Origin: an uncultured Rhodobacteraceae bacterium
GTDB lineage: Bacteria > Pseudomonadota > Alphaproteobacteria > Rhodobacterales > Rhodobacteraceae
Direction of reading: 5' to 3'
Assembly: GCA_913041145.1 (NCBI GenBank)
Contig: CAJWHE010000006.1
Location: 6,176 to 70,175 of the forward strand
Length of the DNA stretch: 64,000 bases
Below are positions 9,451-17,951 of this stretch, piece after piece (position 1 is the first letter of the stretch; each line of letters opens with the position of its first letter). The position numbers and the translations under genes were made by a program. The notes under the pieces were generated by a model. That model was given only the letters and a program-made list of their open reading frames with translations. It was not told where the DNA came from and ran no database searches.

Positions 9451-10272
9451 TTAATGCTTTCTTATGATAGTTGAATAGAGAGCAATAGCAGTCGCATTTG
9501 AGACATTTAGTGAACCAAATTTTTTTACTGAAGGAATCTTTACTAGCACATCACAGTTTTCTTTCGTTTTTTGTCTGAGACCTGGGCCTTCTGCACCTAC
9601 TACTATTGCTAAAGGTCCTTCTTTCAGAGTTGTGAGCTCATCCAAATTTGAATCTCCATCTCCATCCATGCCAATAATAAAATATCCCATACTTTTTAAT
9701 TTTTTGATTGTTTCAGAGAGGTTTTTTACTCTTAAATATGGTTGCCGCTCCAACGCGCCTGAGGCAGTTTTCGCTAACGCTCCCGTTTCTGGAGCGGAAT
9801 AACGCAGGGGCGCTATTACCGCTAAAGCTCCAAAGACCTCAGCGGATCGTAGAATTGCTCCCACATTGTTCGGATCGGTGACTTGGTCGAGCATTACTAC
9901 TCTTGCCGTTTTATCCAAAGGTTTGCAAACCTCTGATATCTCTCCCCACTTTAATGGTCTGACTTCTAATGCAGCACCTTGATGGACTGATTGTTTGTCA
10001 ATCGGAGCTGTAAATTTCTTTGAATCAGAGATTTCAAACTTTATTTTATTAAAGGCTATATCAGATGAAAGCTTATCTGCAGCATTTTGAGTAACAATTA
10101 ATTTGAGTTTTTCTCTTAATGGGTTTTTTAGCGCGTCTCGAACAGCATGTAAGCCAAAAAGCCATATTGTTTCTGACACAACTTTCTTTACCTGACGTTC
10201 CTTGTCAAACATCCCATTACTTTTCTTTGCTGACACAGTGAAGTTCCCTTCTCTTTTAACAACCTTGATCAC
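9451..10272 (-). CDS. rlmB: 23S rRNA (guanosine-2'-O-)-methyltransferase RlmB (SpoU/TrmH family)
   Basis: 273 aa. Has a SpoU_sub_bind-like N-region and C-terminal SpoU motifs (DQVTDPNNVGAILRSAEVFG, IVVGAEGPGLR, IP...SLNVSNATAIALY). Confidence 0.8.
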   Translation of the reverse strand: MIKVVKREGNFTVSAKKSNGMFDKERQVKKVVSETIWLFGLHAVRDALKNPLREKLKLIVTQNAADKLSSDIAFNKIKFEISDSKKFTAPIDKQSVHQGAALEVRPLKWGEISEVCKPLDKTARVVMLDQVTDPNNVGAILRSAEVFGALAVIAPLRYSAPETGALAKTASGALERQPYLRVKNLSETIKKLKSMGYFIIGMDGDGDSNLDELTTLKEGPLAIVVGAEGPGLRQKTKENCDVLVKIPSVKKFGSLNVSNATAIALYSTIIRKH

Positions 10273-10368
10273 TTAAATTGGATTATGACAAGCTTAGTAA
10301 TAGTTTTTCTTGTTGACGCACGAGTGGCCTCCTTATATCTGCAGTCTTGTTGAGTTTATCTTGACAGT

Positions 10369-10452
10369 GGGCGACAGGCCGCAAGGTGTGGCAGGGGACT
10401 GTAACTCCCTCGCGGAGACGCACGCCTGGTTCGATTCCAGGGTCGCCCACCA
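10369..10452 (+). tRNA. tRNA-Tyr (anticodon GTA), class II with a long variable arm and encoded CCA
   Basis: Hand-folded cloverleaf. Acceptor GGGCGAC/GTCGCCC, anticodon loop CTGTAAC, T-arm CCTGG-TTCGATT-CCAGG, 3' ACCA. Confidence 0.9.
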
Positions 10453-10557
10453 TAAGACTAGAAAATCTTTTTATTTGTAATTAAATAGTGAAATTTCCTG
10501 AAATATTTTTGTCATCAAGATAAACCATTAATTTTGAGTGGCATCTTCTGCAACAAG

Positions 10558-10867
10558 TTAGGCTTTCCCTGCCCATACCTGAAAAGTTTTGTTATCTTCC
10601 AGAACTTCTGCAGGTACTCGCCGCTTTGATAGCTTTATAGTCTTTCCTCGTTTTTATGTAAGAAAACGGCTCATTATTTAAATCTTGATAATCAGATAGA
10701 TTTCTACTGTTTACTTTAAGTTACAATTCACCATCAAATACTAGATCAATAGGTAAATCATTCCTTCTAATAACGTAGCCCCCAAACATTCTACCCTAAG
10801 AAATACCATGCATCGACTCAAAGCTTTCTAGGATAAAATTTATAAATTCATTTTGAGATAGTTTCAT
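10558..10867 (-). pseudogene. Decayed TfoX N-terminal-domain (Sxy-like) gene
   Basis: Minus-strand translation from ATG 10867 gives MKLSQNEFINFILESFESMHGIS*GRMFGGYVIRRNDLPIDLVFDGEL*LKVNSRNLSDYQDLNNEPFSYIKTRKDYKAIK, then a frame change, then RRVPAEVLEDNKTFQVWAGKA*. The RMFGG and VPxEVLED...WA motifs are TfoX_N hallmarks. In-frame TAG at 10796-10798, TAA at 10721-10723, frameshift near 10620-10627. Confidence 0.7.
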
Positions 10868-11005
10868 ATAAGAGGATCTTTAATAAGTTTTTTCAACTAC
10901 TTGTAAGACTAGATTTTGCAAGGGTACTGTCTTTTTACAAACCGTTTTGATGTTTTAGTAAATAAAAAAACTTTCGTACGGAATAACATCCGTTTCTAAA
11001 CTTCA

Positions 11006-11080
11006 TGGAGCGGGCGATGAGATTCGAACTCACGACCCTAACCTTGGCAAGGTTATGCTCTACCCCTGAGCTACGCCCGC
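11006..11080 (-). tRNA. tRNA-Gly (anticodon GCC), encoded CCA
   Basis: The reverse complement reads GCGGGCGTAGCTCAGGGGTAGAGCATAACCTTGCCAAGGTTAGGGTCGTGAGTTCGAATCTCATCGCCCGCTCCA, a clean cloverleaf with anticodon loop TTGCCAA. Confidence 0.9.
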
Positions 11081-11097
11081 GTCCTTGAATACGCCGC

Positions 11098-11124
11098 TTA
11101 TAAGTGAAAGGGTGGGCGGAGCAA
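11098..11124 (-). promoter_or_regulatory. Candidate promoter for tRNA-Gly
   Basis: On the minus strand: TTGCTC, 16-nt spacer, TATAAG, ending about 16 nt upstream of the mature tRNA 5' end. Pattern match only. Confidence 0.3.
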
Positions 11125-11169
11125 GTAAAAAATGCAGAGATAAAAAAGTTTATTGACGTGACCTTTAAC

Positions 11170-11198
11170 TTGACCAAATGTGCTAATAACCAATAATG
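11170..11198 (+). promoter_or_regulatory. Candidate promoter for the YtoQ-like gene
   Basis: TTGACC (11170-11175), 17-nt spacer, ATAATG (11193-11198), about 35 nt upstream of ATG 11233. Pattern match only. Confidence 0.3.
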
Positions 11199-11232
11199 GT
11201 CACTGTTGTCTAAGGTTTGAGGAGTTCTGAGT

Positions 11233-11691
11233 ATGAGTTTAAAAATATTTTTATCTGGGGAGATCCATACTGACTGGAGAAATGAAATTATGTCTGGATG
11301 TGTTGAACAGGGCTTGGATATAGCTTTTTCCAGTGCTGTGACAGATCACGCTGCGTCTGATGATTGCGGTCCTACAATCTTGGGAGCAGAAGAAGAAAAG
11401 TTTTGGCATGATAATAAAAGTGCTAAATTAAATGCTATACGTATTCGAGATGGCATTAGTAAAGCTGATATAGTTGTTGTGAGGTTTGGGGAAAAATATA
11501 AGCAATGGAATGCGGCTTTTGATGCTGGTTATTCGGTTGCGCTTGGAAAGTCTCTAATTATTATCCACTCGGATGAGCATCAACATGCTCTAAAGGAAGT
11601 TGATGCGGCTGCCTTAGCAGTTTGTAAAAAACCTAATCAGGTAGTTGAAATACTAAAATATCTTGAAAACGGAAGTTTAGCTAAAGTGTAA
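11233..11691 (+). CDS. YtoQ family protein (nucleoside 2-deoxyribosyltransferase-like fold)
   Basis: 152 aa. The N-terminus KIFLSGEIHTDWRNEI and overall length match my recollection of the YtoQ family. Function unknown. Confidence 0.55.
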   Translation: MSLKIFLSGEIHTDWRNEIMSGCVEQGLDIAFSSAVTDHAASDDCGPTILGAEEEKFWHDNKSAKLNAIRIRDGISKADIVVVRFGEKYKQWNAAFDAGYSVALGKSLIIIHSDEHQHALKEVDAAALAVCKKPNQVVEILKYLENGSLAKV

Positions 11692-11735
11692 TTGGTTTAA
11701 GTACTTAGAAACTAGCCTTTTATGTAACTTAGCAA

Positions 11736-12419
11736 TTAGAGGGCTCTCTCTTTTTTGATTTTACCCCAGGCTTCGTTAATTTGAATTAACCTTTTTTCTG
11801 CCAGCTTAACTGCCTCAATTGGTACACCCCGTGCCTGCATACGATCCGGGTGTGTTTCAAAAATATGTTTTTTCCAAACTTTTTCAATATCGGATGTAGA
11901 AGTTTCTTGTTCAATGCCCAACACTGCGTAAGGGTCAAGTTTTTGATTAGGTATAAATCTTGCACTCAGTATTCTGAATTGTTGATCATTAACTTTAAAT
12001 ATTTTCCTAACAACCTCTAGAAAATGATTTTCTTCCTCCTCAAATGAATTATCAGCAATAGCAATATGAAATAAACCCTCAAGGAGGTCATAGAGCACTG
12101 CAGGTTTATTATTTAACATTTTATAAATTTTTTCAGCATATAACTCAAAACCTGCTACATCTTGTCTGGCTAAGTTAAATATTTTTGCAGCATTCTCTTC
12201 TTGAGCTCTTGGTATATGAAACACTTCTCTGAATGCACGAACTTCGTTTCTAGTAACTGTGCCGTCTGCTTTAGCCATTTTGGCCCCTAATGCGATTACT
12301 GCAATTGTGAAGCCAGCGCTTTGTTCCGGTGGTGATTTCAACCGCTGGAAGATTTCAGCCAAGCTTTCACCTGCAGCCAGAGCAGCTAATGCTTGAGAAA
12401 TTCTATACCAAATTGACAT
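11736..12419 (-). CDS. DjlA-like co-chaperone: TerB-like N-domain plus C-terminal J domain
   Basis: 227 aa. J domain DPYAVLGIEQETSTSDIEKVWKKHIFETHPDR with the HPD motif. The N-terminal region (KADGTVTRNEVRAFREVF) resembles TerB/DjlA. Confidence 0.75.
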   Translation of the reverse strand: MSIWYRISQALAALAAGESLAEIFQRLKSPPEQSAGFTIAVIALGAKMAKADGTVTRNEVRAFREVFHIPRAQEENAAKIFNLARQDVAGFELYAEKIYKMLNNKPAVLYDLLEGLFHIAIADNSFEEEENHFLEVVRKIFKVNDQQFRILSARFIPNQKLDPYAVLGIEQETSTSDIEKVWKKHIFETHPDRMQARGVPIEAVKLAEKRLIQINEAWGKIKKERAL

Positions 12420-12602
12420 GTTGTATCCATACTAAAAATGTTTGAGGGCTAAAAGTTATATTTATCTGTAGTGTAATTTTTTTTTACAAAAATCGATTAA
12501 CTGAGTTTTATTATCCCGTTAAATGTATAATTATTTTTGATAATAGGAATGAGTTTTAAAAACTCTGTTTAATTGATAGTATATTACAAGTTTAAATTAT
12601 GA

Positions 12603-13172
12603 GTGTTGATCATGGATGAAATAGGAAATTTAAAAAAAAAATGTCGTACGAGAGCACTTGCACAGCGGAAAATTTTTAAAACGAAAAGTAATGATTGCCT
12701 TATACAAAAAAATTTGGGTTCGGCTTTAATGGAAAATAATAACCTTATCGTTGGTGGTTATCTGCCCATAGGTTCTGAAGCAGATCCAGTCAACTTTATG
12801 AACAAACTGGCCTTAGATGAGGTTGTCGCGGTACCTGTTATTGTTGGAAAAGATAAGCCACTAAAATTTACTATTTGGACACCAGATTCTGAATTAGAAT
12901 TAGGCGCCTTTGGCGTTCTAATACCGAAATCAGTTTCCTGGGTCGTTCCTGATATTTTATTAGTCCCCCTGATTGCCTTTGATAGCCAAGGAGGTCGACT
13001 GGGATATGGAGGAGGCTTTTATGATCGGACACTAAGCATGTTGCGTTCTCAAAAAAATATTAAAGCTATAGGAATAGCTTTTTCCGGACAATGTGTTGAA
13101 AAAGTACCTGTAGAGCTAACGGATCAACCTCTTGATGGAATCGTCACAGAGTTAGGAACTTTGTGGTTTTAA
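12603..13172 (+). CDS. 5-formyltetrahydrofolate cyclo-ligase
   Basis: 189 aa. The C-terminal LVPLIAFDSQGGRLGYGGGFYDR motif is diagnostic of MTHFS/YgfA. The start may be ATG 12612 rather than GTG 12603. Confidence 0.85.
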   Translation: MLIMDEIGNLKKKCRTRALAQRKIFKTKSNDCLIQKNLGSALMENNNLIVGGYLPIGSEADPVNFMNKLALDEVVAVPVIVGKDKPLKFTIWTPDSELELGAFGVLIPKSVSWVVPDILLVPLIAFDSQGGRLGYGGGFYDRTLSMLRSQKNIKAIGIAFSGQCVEKVPVELTDQPLDGIVTELGTLWF

Positions 13173-13248
13173 GCGAGATAGTTATACAAAGCATGGTTCC
13201 TATTTAACTTTTCTTGCCTGTTCTTAAAATTAAGAATAGTACACTTTT

Positions 13249-14061
13249 ATGAAAATTCTTTTTTTAGGTGATATAATGGGTCGCGCGGGTCGCGAAGCTA
13301 TTGAGAGTAATCTACCTCGCATACGTTCTGAGATGGGATTAGATTTTGTAACTATTAATGGAGAAAATGCGACGGGAGGAAGAGGCTTATCCTCTAAGCA
13401 TGCAGAAGCTCTTCTGAAGGCTGGTGTTGATAGTATTACTTTAGGTGATCACGCATTTGATCAAAGTGATATGATGCAATTTATTGAGAGAGAGTCCCGT
13501 ATCGTTCGCCCAATAAACTTTGCAAAAGACGCTCCAGGGAAAGGGTATCGGATATTTGAAATATCGAGAGGACGAAAGGTTCTTGTTGTTCAAGTTCTTG
13601 GTCAAGTTTTTATGAAGCGTGCTTATGAAGATCCATTTGGTAAGATAGATGCCATTTTAAAAAAATATCCTTTGAAGGGACAAATAGACGCTATAATTGT
13701 TGATATACATTGCGAGGCGACATCAGAAAAAATGGCGATGGGGCATTGGTGTGATGGAAGAGTTAGTTTGTGTGTAGGAACTCATACGCATGTACCAACA
13801 GCTGATGCTATGATCCTTGAGAAGGGAACTGCTTATTTGTCCGACGCTGGCATGTGTGGAGATTACAATTCCATTATTGGGATGAACAAAGTTGAACCTT
13901 TAAATCGATTTGTCTCTGGCATGGTAAAGGGAAGGTTTGTTCCTGCCGTTGGTGAAGCTACTTTGTCAGGTACTTATGTTGAAATTGATAACCAAACTGG
14001 TCTAGCGAAAAGGATTGAGCTTTTCCGTTCTGGTGGTCTTTTACCTCAAACTGAGATCTGA
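13249..14061 (+). CDS. YmdB-family metallophosphoesterase (2',3'-cyclic-nucleotide phosphodiesterase-like)
   Basis: 270 aa. MKILFLGDIMGRAGR, NGENATGG, GDH and GTHTHVPTAD motifs match the TIGR00282/YmdB family. Confidence 0.85.
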   Translation: MKILFLGDIMGRAGREAIESNLPRIRSEMGLDFVTINGENATGGRGLSSKHAEALLKAGVDSITLGDHAFDQSDMMQFIERESRIVRPINFAKDAPGKGYRIFEISRGRKVLVVQVLGQVFMKRAYEDPFGKIDAILKKYPLKGQIDAIIVDIHCEATSEKMAMGHWCDGRVSLCVGTHTHVPTADAMILEKGTAYLSDAGMCGDYNSIIGMNKVEPLNRFVSGMVKGRFVPAVGEATLSGTYVEIDNQTGLAKRIELFRSGGLLPQTEI

Positions 14062-14202
14062 GGCTCATTTTTTAAAATTTAGATAGCTCTATATAAAGAA
14101 AAATATAAATTTAACGCTCAGCCAAATTGCGATCTAGTTCCATGCCTGATAGAAGAATATTATTATATTATTTTAATAACTTTTTTAATTATGGAGAAAA
14201 AT

Positions 14203-14943
14203 ATGGCGGGGCACTCCAAATGGGCAAACATCCAACACAGGAAAGGGAGACAAGATGCAGCTCGATCAAAGCTTTTTTCTAAACTTTCTAAGGAGATAAC
14301 TGTTGCGGCAAAGATGGGTGACCCAGACCCTGAAAAAAATCCACGTCTAAGGATGGCAGTGAAAGAAGCTAAATCCCAATCAGTTCCGAAAGATGTAATA
14401 GATCGAGCAATTAAAAAGTCTCAGGCAAGTGACTTTGATAGTTATGATGAGATTAGGTACGAAGGTTATGGGCCAGGAGGGGTGGCAGTAATAGTTGAGG
14501 CAATGACTGATAACAAAAACCGTACAGCCTCCACAGTCCGGTCAACATTTTCTAAGTATGGAGGAAACTTGGGAGAGACTGGTTCGGTTGGGTTTATGTT
14601 TGATCGAAAAGGACAAATATCTTTAAGCCCAGATATTGCAGATGAGGATACAATTATGATGATGGCCATTGATGTCGGTGCAGATGATGTCGAGAGCAGT
14701 GATGAGGCTCATTTAGTTTTCTGTGCTGCTAATGACTTGAGTACTGTTTCAGACGCTATAGAGAAGCAGCTGAACGAGATTGAATCTGCCAAGTTAGTCT
14801 GGGTTCCAAAAACAACTACTGAATTAGATCTCGAAGGCATGCAAAAATTGATGAAACTTATTGATGCACTTGAAGACGATGATGACATTCAGACTGTGAC
14901 AGCCAATTTTGAGGTGTCAGATGAAGTAATGGCTAATTTATAG
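14203..14943 (+). CDS. YebC/PmpR family DNA-binding transcriptional regulator
   Basis: [15 protein letters not shown]... is the canonical YebC N-terminus. The ORF opens at ATG 14191, but GGAG (14193-14196) sits 6 nt before ATG 14203. Confidence 0.9.
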   Translation: MAGHSKWANIQHRKGRQDAARSKLFSKLSKEITVAAKMGDPDPEKNPRLRMAVKEAKSQSVPKDVIDRAIKKSQASDFDSYDEIRYEGYGPGGVAVIVEAMTDNKNRTASTVRSTFSKYGGNLGETGSVGFMFDRKGQISLSPDIADEDTIMMMAIDVGADDVESSDEAHLVFCAANDLSTVSDAIEKQLNEIESAKLVWVPKTTTELDLEGMQKLMKLIDALEDDDDIQTVTANFEVSDEVMANL

Positions 14944-15004
14944 TATGTGATTTTTTAAATTAAGACTATTGCCTTGAACATATTTTAGGTTTTGGAGTGT
15001 TTTC

Positions 15005-15613
15005 ATAATTTTTACTACATACATTTCCGGTCTAACTCTTGGCCTTTCTTTAATACTTGCAATAGGGTCTCAGAATATCTTTGTTTTGAGACAAGGCTTG
15101 CGTAGACAGCATATATTTTTAGTATGTGCTATTTGTTCAACCTCAGATGCTTTATTGATTTCTGCTGGTGTTTTTGGCTTTGGAAACTTAACCGGAGTCT
15201 GGCCATTTTTAGGTAAGTTAATTCTATACCTTGGCATTATCTTTCTTACATTATATGGATTTTTTTCATTTAAATCAGCTTTGCAGGGCGTAAACATATC
15301 AAAAAAAAATTCTACTGATATCCACGGAGCATGGCATGTTTCTGGTTATGCGTTAGCATTAACTTTTCTTAACCCCCATGTGTATTTGGATACTTTTTTT
15401 TTAATAGGCGCTGTTGCGACCCAGTTTGAAACTGGTCGCTTTTATTTTGGGCTTGGGGCTATAACCTCATCTTTTGTCTTTTTCTTTTGCTTAGGATATG
15501 GAGCACGATTAGTTTCTCGATTTTTTGAGACTCCTTATGTCTGGCGTTATATAGACTTTTTTGTGGGTGTTGTTATGTGGACCTTAGCTATAAAGCTATT
15601 GATAAGCTCATAA
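15005..15613 (+). CDS. LysE/ArgO family basic amino-acid exporter; start codon uncertain and non-canonical
   Basis: The track ORF (TTG 15086) begins at RQGLRRQH. The conserved family N-terminus (..ISGLTLGLSLILAIGSQNIFVLRQGLRRQ) continues in frame upstream to the stop at 14975-14977. The only plausible starts are ATA 15005 or ATT 15008, downstream of GGAG 14994-14997. Confidence 0.7.
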   Translation: MIFTTYISGLTLGLSLILAIGSQNIFVLRQGLRRQHIFLVCAICSTSDALLISAGVFGFGNLTGVWPFLGKLILYLGIIFLTLYGFFSFKSALQGVNISKKNSTDIHGAWHVSGYALALTFLNPHVYLDTFFLIGAVATQFETGRFYFGLGAITSSFVFFFCLGYGARLVSRFFETPYVWRYIDFFVGVVMWTLAIKLLISS

Positions 15614-15625
15614 TTAGTTAAATGA

Positions 15626-16543
15626 TTGGTCTTACAAGTGGTTGATGAAAAGAAAAATAAATCTTTAGTAGCAATATTTTGGATGTTCATAACAGGTCTA
15701 CTTTTTGTTGGAGTTACTGGAATAGTAAAGCATCTTGGCTCGGAACTACCTGCAGCACAGGCGGCATTTTTAAGATACGTTTTGGGATTAGTTTTTGTTA
15801 TTCCTTTGATTGGTATAATAAAGAGGGCACATTTAACAAAAGTAGAGCTTTCATTTTTTGCATGGAGGGGCGTAGTTCATAGCTTGGGCGTTATATTGTG
15901 GTTTTATGCCATGACTATGCTTCCGATGGCAGAGGTAACAGCTATGAGTTACCTTACCCCAGTTTATGTTACTATTGGTGCCGCATTATTTTTAGGAGAA
16001 AGATTAGCAGCACTACGCATTATTGCTGTAGCTTTCGCTATAATAGGCGTCCTAGTAGTTCTAAGGCCAGGGTTCAGAGAAATTTCTCTAGGGCATATGG
16101 CTATGATCATTAATGGGGGCCTTTTTGCTACCTCATATTTAATTGTAAAGGTTATGGCCGATAAAGTAGAACCCCTTGTGGTGGTTGGTATGCTGTCTAT
16201 TTTTGTAACGATAGGACTGGCTCCATGGGCTTTTTGGGTTTGGGTGCCACCAACGTTAACTCAGCTTGGGTGGACATTTGTTTTAGCAATATTTGCAACT
16301 GCAGGACATTACACCATGACTTTAGCATTACGAGCTGCCCCAATTAGTGTAACTCAGCCTATTACTTTCCTTCAATTGGTTTGGTCTATTTTGTTAGGTG
16401 TTTTAATTTTTAATGAGAGCTTTGATAAATGGGTTGTTATTGGTGCAACAATTATCATACTGTCTATAAGCTTTATTATGTGGAGAGAAGAGCGTGTCCG
16501 AAAGAAAATAATCACACCAGTCTCTCCTGAAACAAAACTTTAG
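15626..16543 (+). CDS. EamA/DMT (drug/metabolite transporter) family permease
   Basis: 305 aa, 10 predicted TM helices as two EamA repeats. Non-ATG (TTG) start in the track. Confidence 0.8.
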   Translation: MVLQVVDEKKNKSLVAIFWMFITGLLFVGVTGIVKHLGSELPAAQAAFLRYVLGLVFVIPLIGIIKRAHLTKVELSFFAWRGVVHSLGVILWFYAMTMLPMAEVTAMSYLTPVYVTIGAALFLGERLAALRIIAVAFAIIGVLVVLRPGFREISLGHMAMIINGGLFATSYLIVKVMADKVEPLVVVGMLSIFVTIGLAPWAFWVWVPPTLTQLGWTFVLAIFATAGHYTMTLALRAAPISVTQPITFLQLVWSILLGVLIFNESFDKWVVIGATIIILSISFIMWREERVRKKIITPVSPETKL

Positions 16544-16596
16544 ACAAGAAATTTTCTGGCCTTAATAGCTCTAAGCATTATCTTAATAATTGTTTA

Positions 16597-17814
16597 TTAG
16601 CTTTTCAGAATTATTTTTTCTCTCTTAACTACGTAATAAATTGAAAGAAGGCTAAAAATAGAACTAATCAGCATAATTATTTGTAGAGGTTGACTACTGC
16701 TTCCACGCTCTAAAAGTGTCCCTGCAAGGCCTGCAAGAGCAGCTCCGCCACCAATCATTATAGCACCACCAATTCCACTAGCCGTTCCTGCTAACTTAGG
16801 CCTAACTGATAACATTCCAGCCTGAGCATTGGGTAGTACCAGTCCATTCCCAAATCCCACAAACATACAGAAACTAAAGAACACGATTGGGCCATCCAAA
16901 ATACTAGAAGTAATTACTAAAGAAAGAAGCATTCCAGTAAAAAGTACAACGGTACCAATTATAATAAGTTTATTAATTCCAAACTTTGTTGAATAAAGTC
17001 CGGTAATAAGGTTTCCTAGTAAGTAACCTACTGCAGGTATGCCAAACAGTAAGCCAGTCATAGTTGGAGGTAGTTTATAGATAACGGTTGCGACATATGG
17101 AGCTCCTCCAAGAAACGCAAAAAAAGTTCCTGATGCAAAGGCTGCTGCTAAAGCATAACCCCAAAATCTTCTTGCTGAGAACAGTTCTGGGTATTGTTTT
17201 ACCTGAGTTAGAAAACTTTGTCCTTTAGATGAATTTGTCTCACCTTGGTCGAACCAAAGAAGAATCCAGAAAAACAAACCAAATACTGCCATAAATCCAA
17301 AATTTGCACGCCACCCGAGATATGTATCAATGATACCACCAAGTGCTGGAGCAAACATTGGTACTAGTGCCATACCCATGGTTACATAACCAATCATCGA
17401 AGCAGATTTGTCTTGTGCTACCGTGTCTCTAATAATTGCTCTACTTAGAACCATACCGATTGCAACGATTGCTTGTATCATCCTAAATATCAAAAAAGTT
17501 TCAATGTTTTGAGAAAAATAACATCCCACAGATGCCAGTACAAATATTGCAACGCCTACTAATGTACAGGCTCGTCGTCCATATTTGTCTGAAATCGGTC
17601 CAATAAAAAATTGTGTAATAGCTGTAAAGCCAAGGTAAAGTGATACTGATAACTGCATAACACTATATTCTGTCTCTAGATCTATCGTCATTTGAGGTAA
17701 TGACGGTAGAAACATATTCATACTAAGAGCACCAATTCCTGATAATAGGATGAGTGTGGATATATGTGGTGGAGTTCTATTATTTAAAAACATAGGTTTT
17801 AAGGAATTATTCAT
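16597..17814 (-). CDS. MFS transporter, Bcr/CflA drug-resistance subfamily
   Basis: 405 aa, 12 TM helices. The GPISDKYGRR motif in loop 2-3 is typical of Bcr/CflA-type MFS exporters. Confidence 0.8.
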   Translation of the reverse strand: MNNSLKPMFLNNRTPPHISTLILLSGIGALSMNMFLPSLPQMTIDLETEYSVMQLSVSLYLGFTAITQFFIGPISDKYGRRACTLVGVAIFVLASVGCYFSQNIETFLIFRMIQAIVAIGMVLSRAIIRDTVAQDKSASMIGYVTMGMALVPMFAPALGGIIDTYLGWRANFGFMAVFGLFFWILLWFDQGETNSSKGQSFLTQVKQYPELFSARRFWGYALAAAFASGTFFAFLGGAPYVATVIYKLPPTMTGLLFGIPAVGYLLGNLITGLYSTKFGINKLIIIGTVVLFTGMLLSLVITSSILDGPIVFFSFCMFVGFGNGLVLPNAQAGMLSVRPKLAGTASGIGGAIMIGGGAALAGLAGTLLERGSSSQPLQIIMLISSIFSLLSIYYVVKREKIILKS

Positions 17815-17951
17815 CCTGTGACATAGTACTGTTTGGTAAGATTTTGCAATATACGTTTGTATAATAATGGTAATTTCTATTTTATTTTTAACAACAAATA
17901 TTAAAATAGATCAGTAATATCTAATTAGGATCTTTTTTACTTTCTTTAACA

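Noticed and set aside
10453-11005. Integrated-element remnant flanked by att-like duplications of tRNA 3' ends.
   Set aside because: There is no partial copy of the tRNA-Tyr or tRNA-Gly 3' region in the spacer. Only the decayed TfoX-like ORF is present.
10935-11177. 80-aa minus-strand ORF in the track.
   Set aside because: It runs straight through the tRNA-Gly(GCC) gene (11006-11080) and its promoter region, so it is an artefact.
12420-12602. Possible 6S RNA (ssrS). 6S RNA sits immediately upstream of the 5-formyl-THF cyclo-ligase gene in many proteobacteria.
   Set aside because: The 183-bp spacer is almost pure A/T. I could not fold it into the long interrupted helix with a central bubble expected of 6S RNA; there is only a small hairpin, GAGTTTTAAAAACTC. 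A cmsearch with Rfam 6S would settle it.
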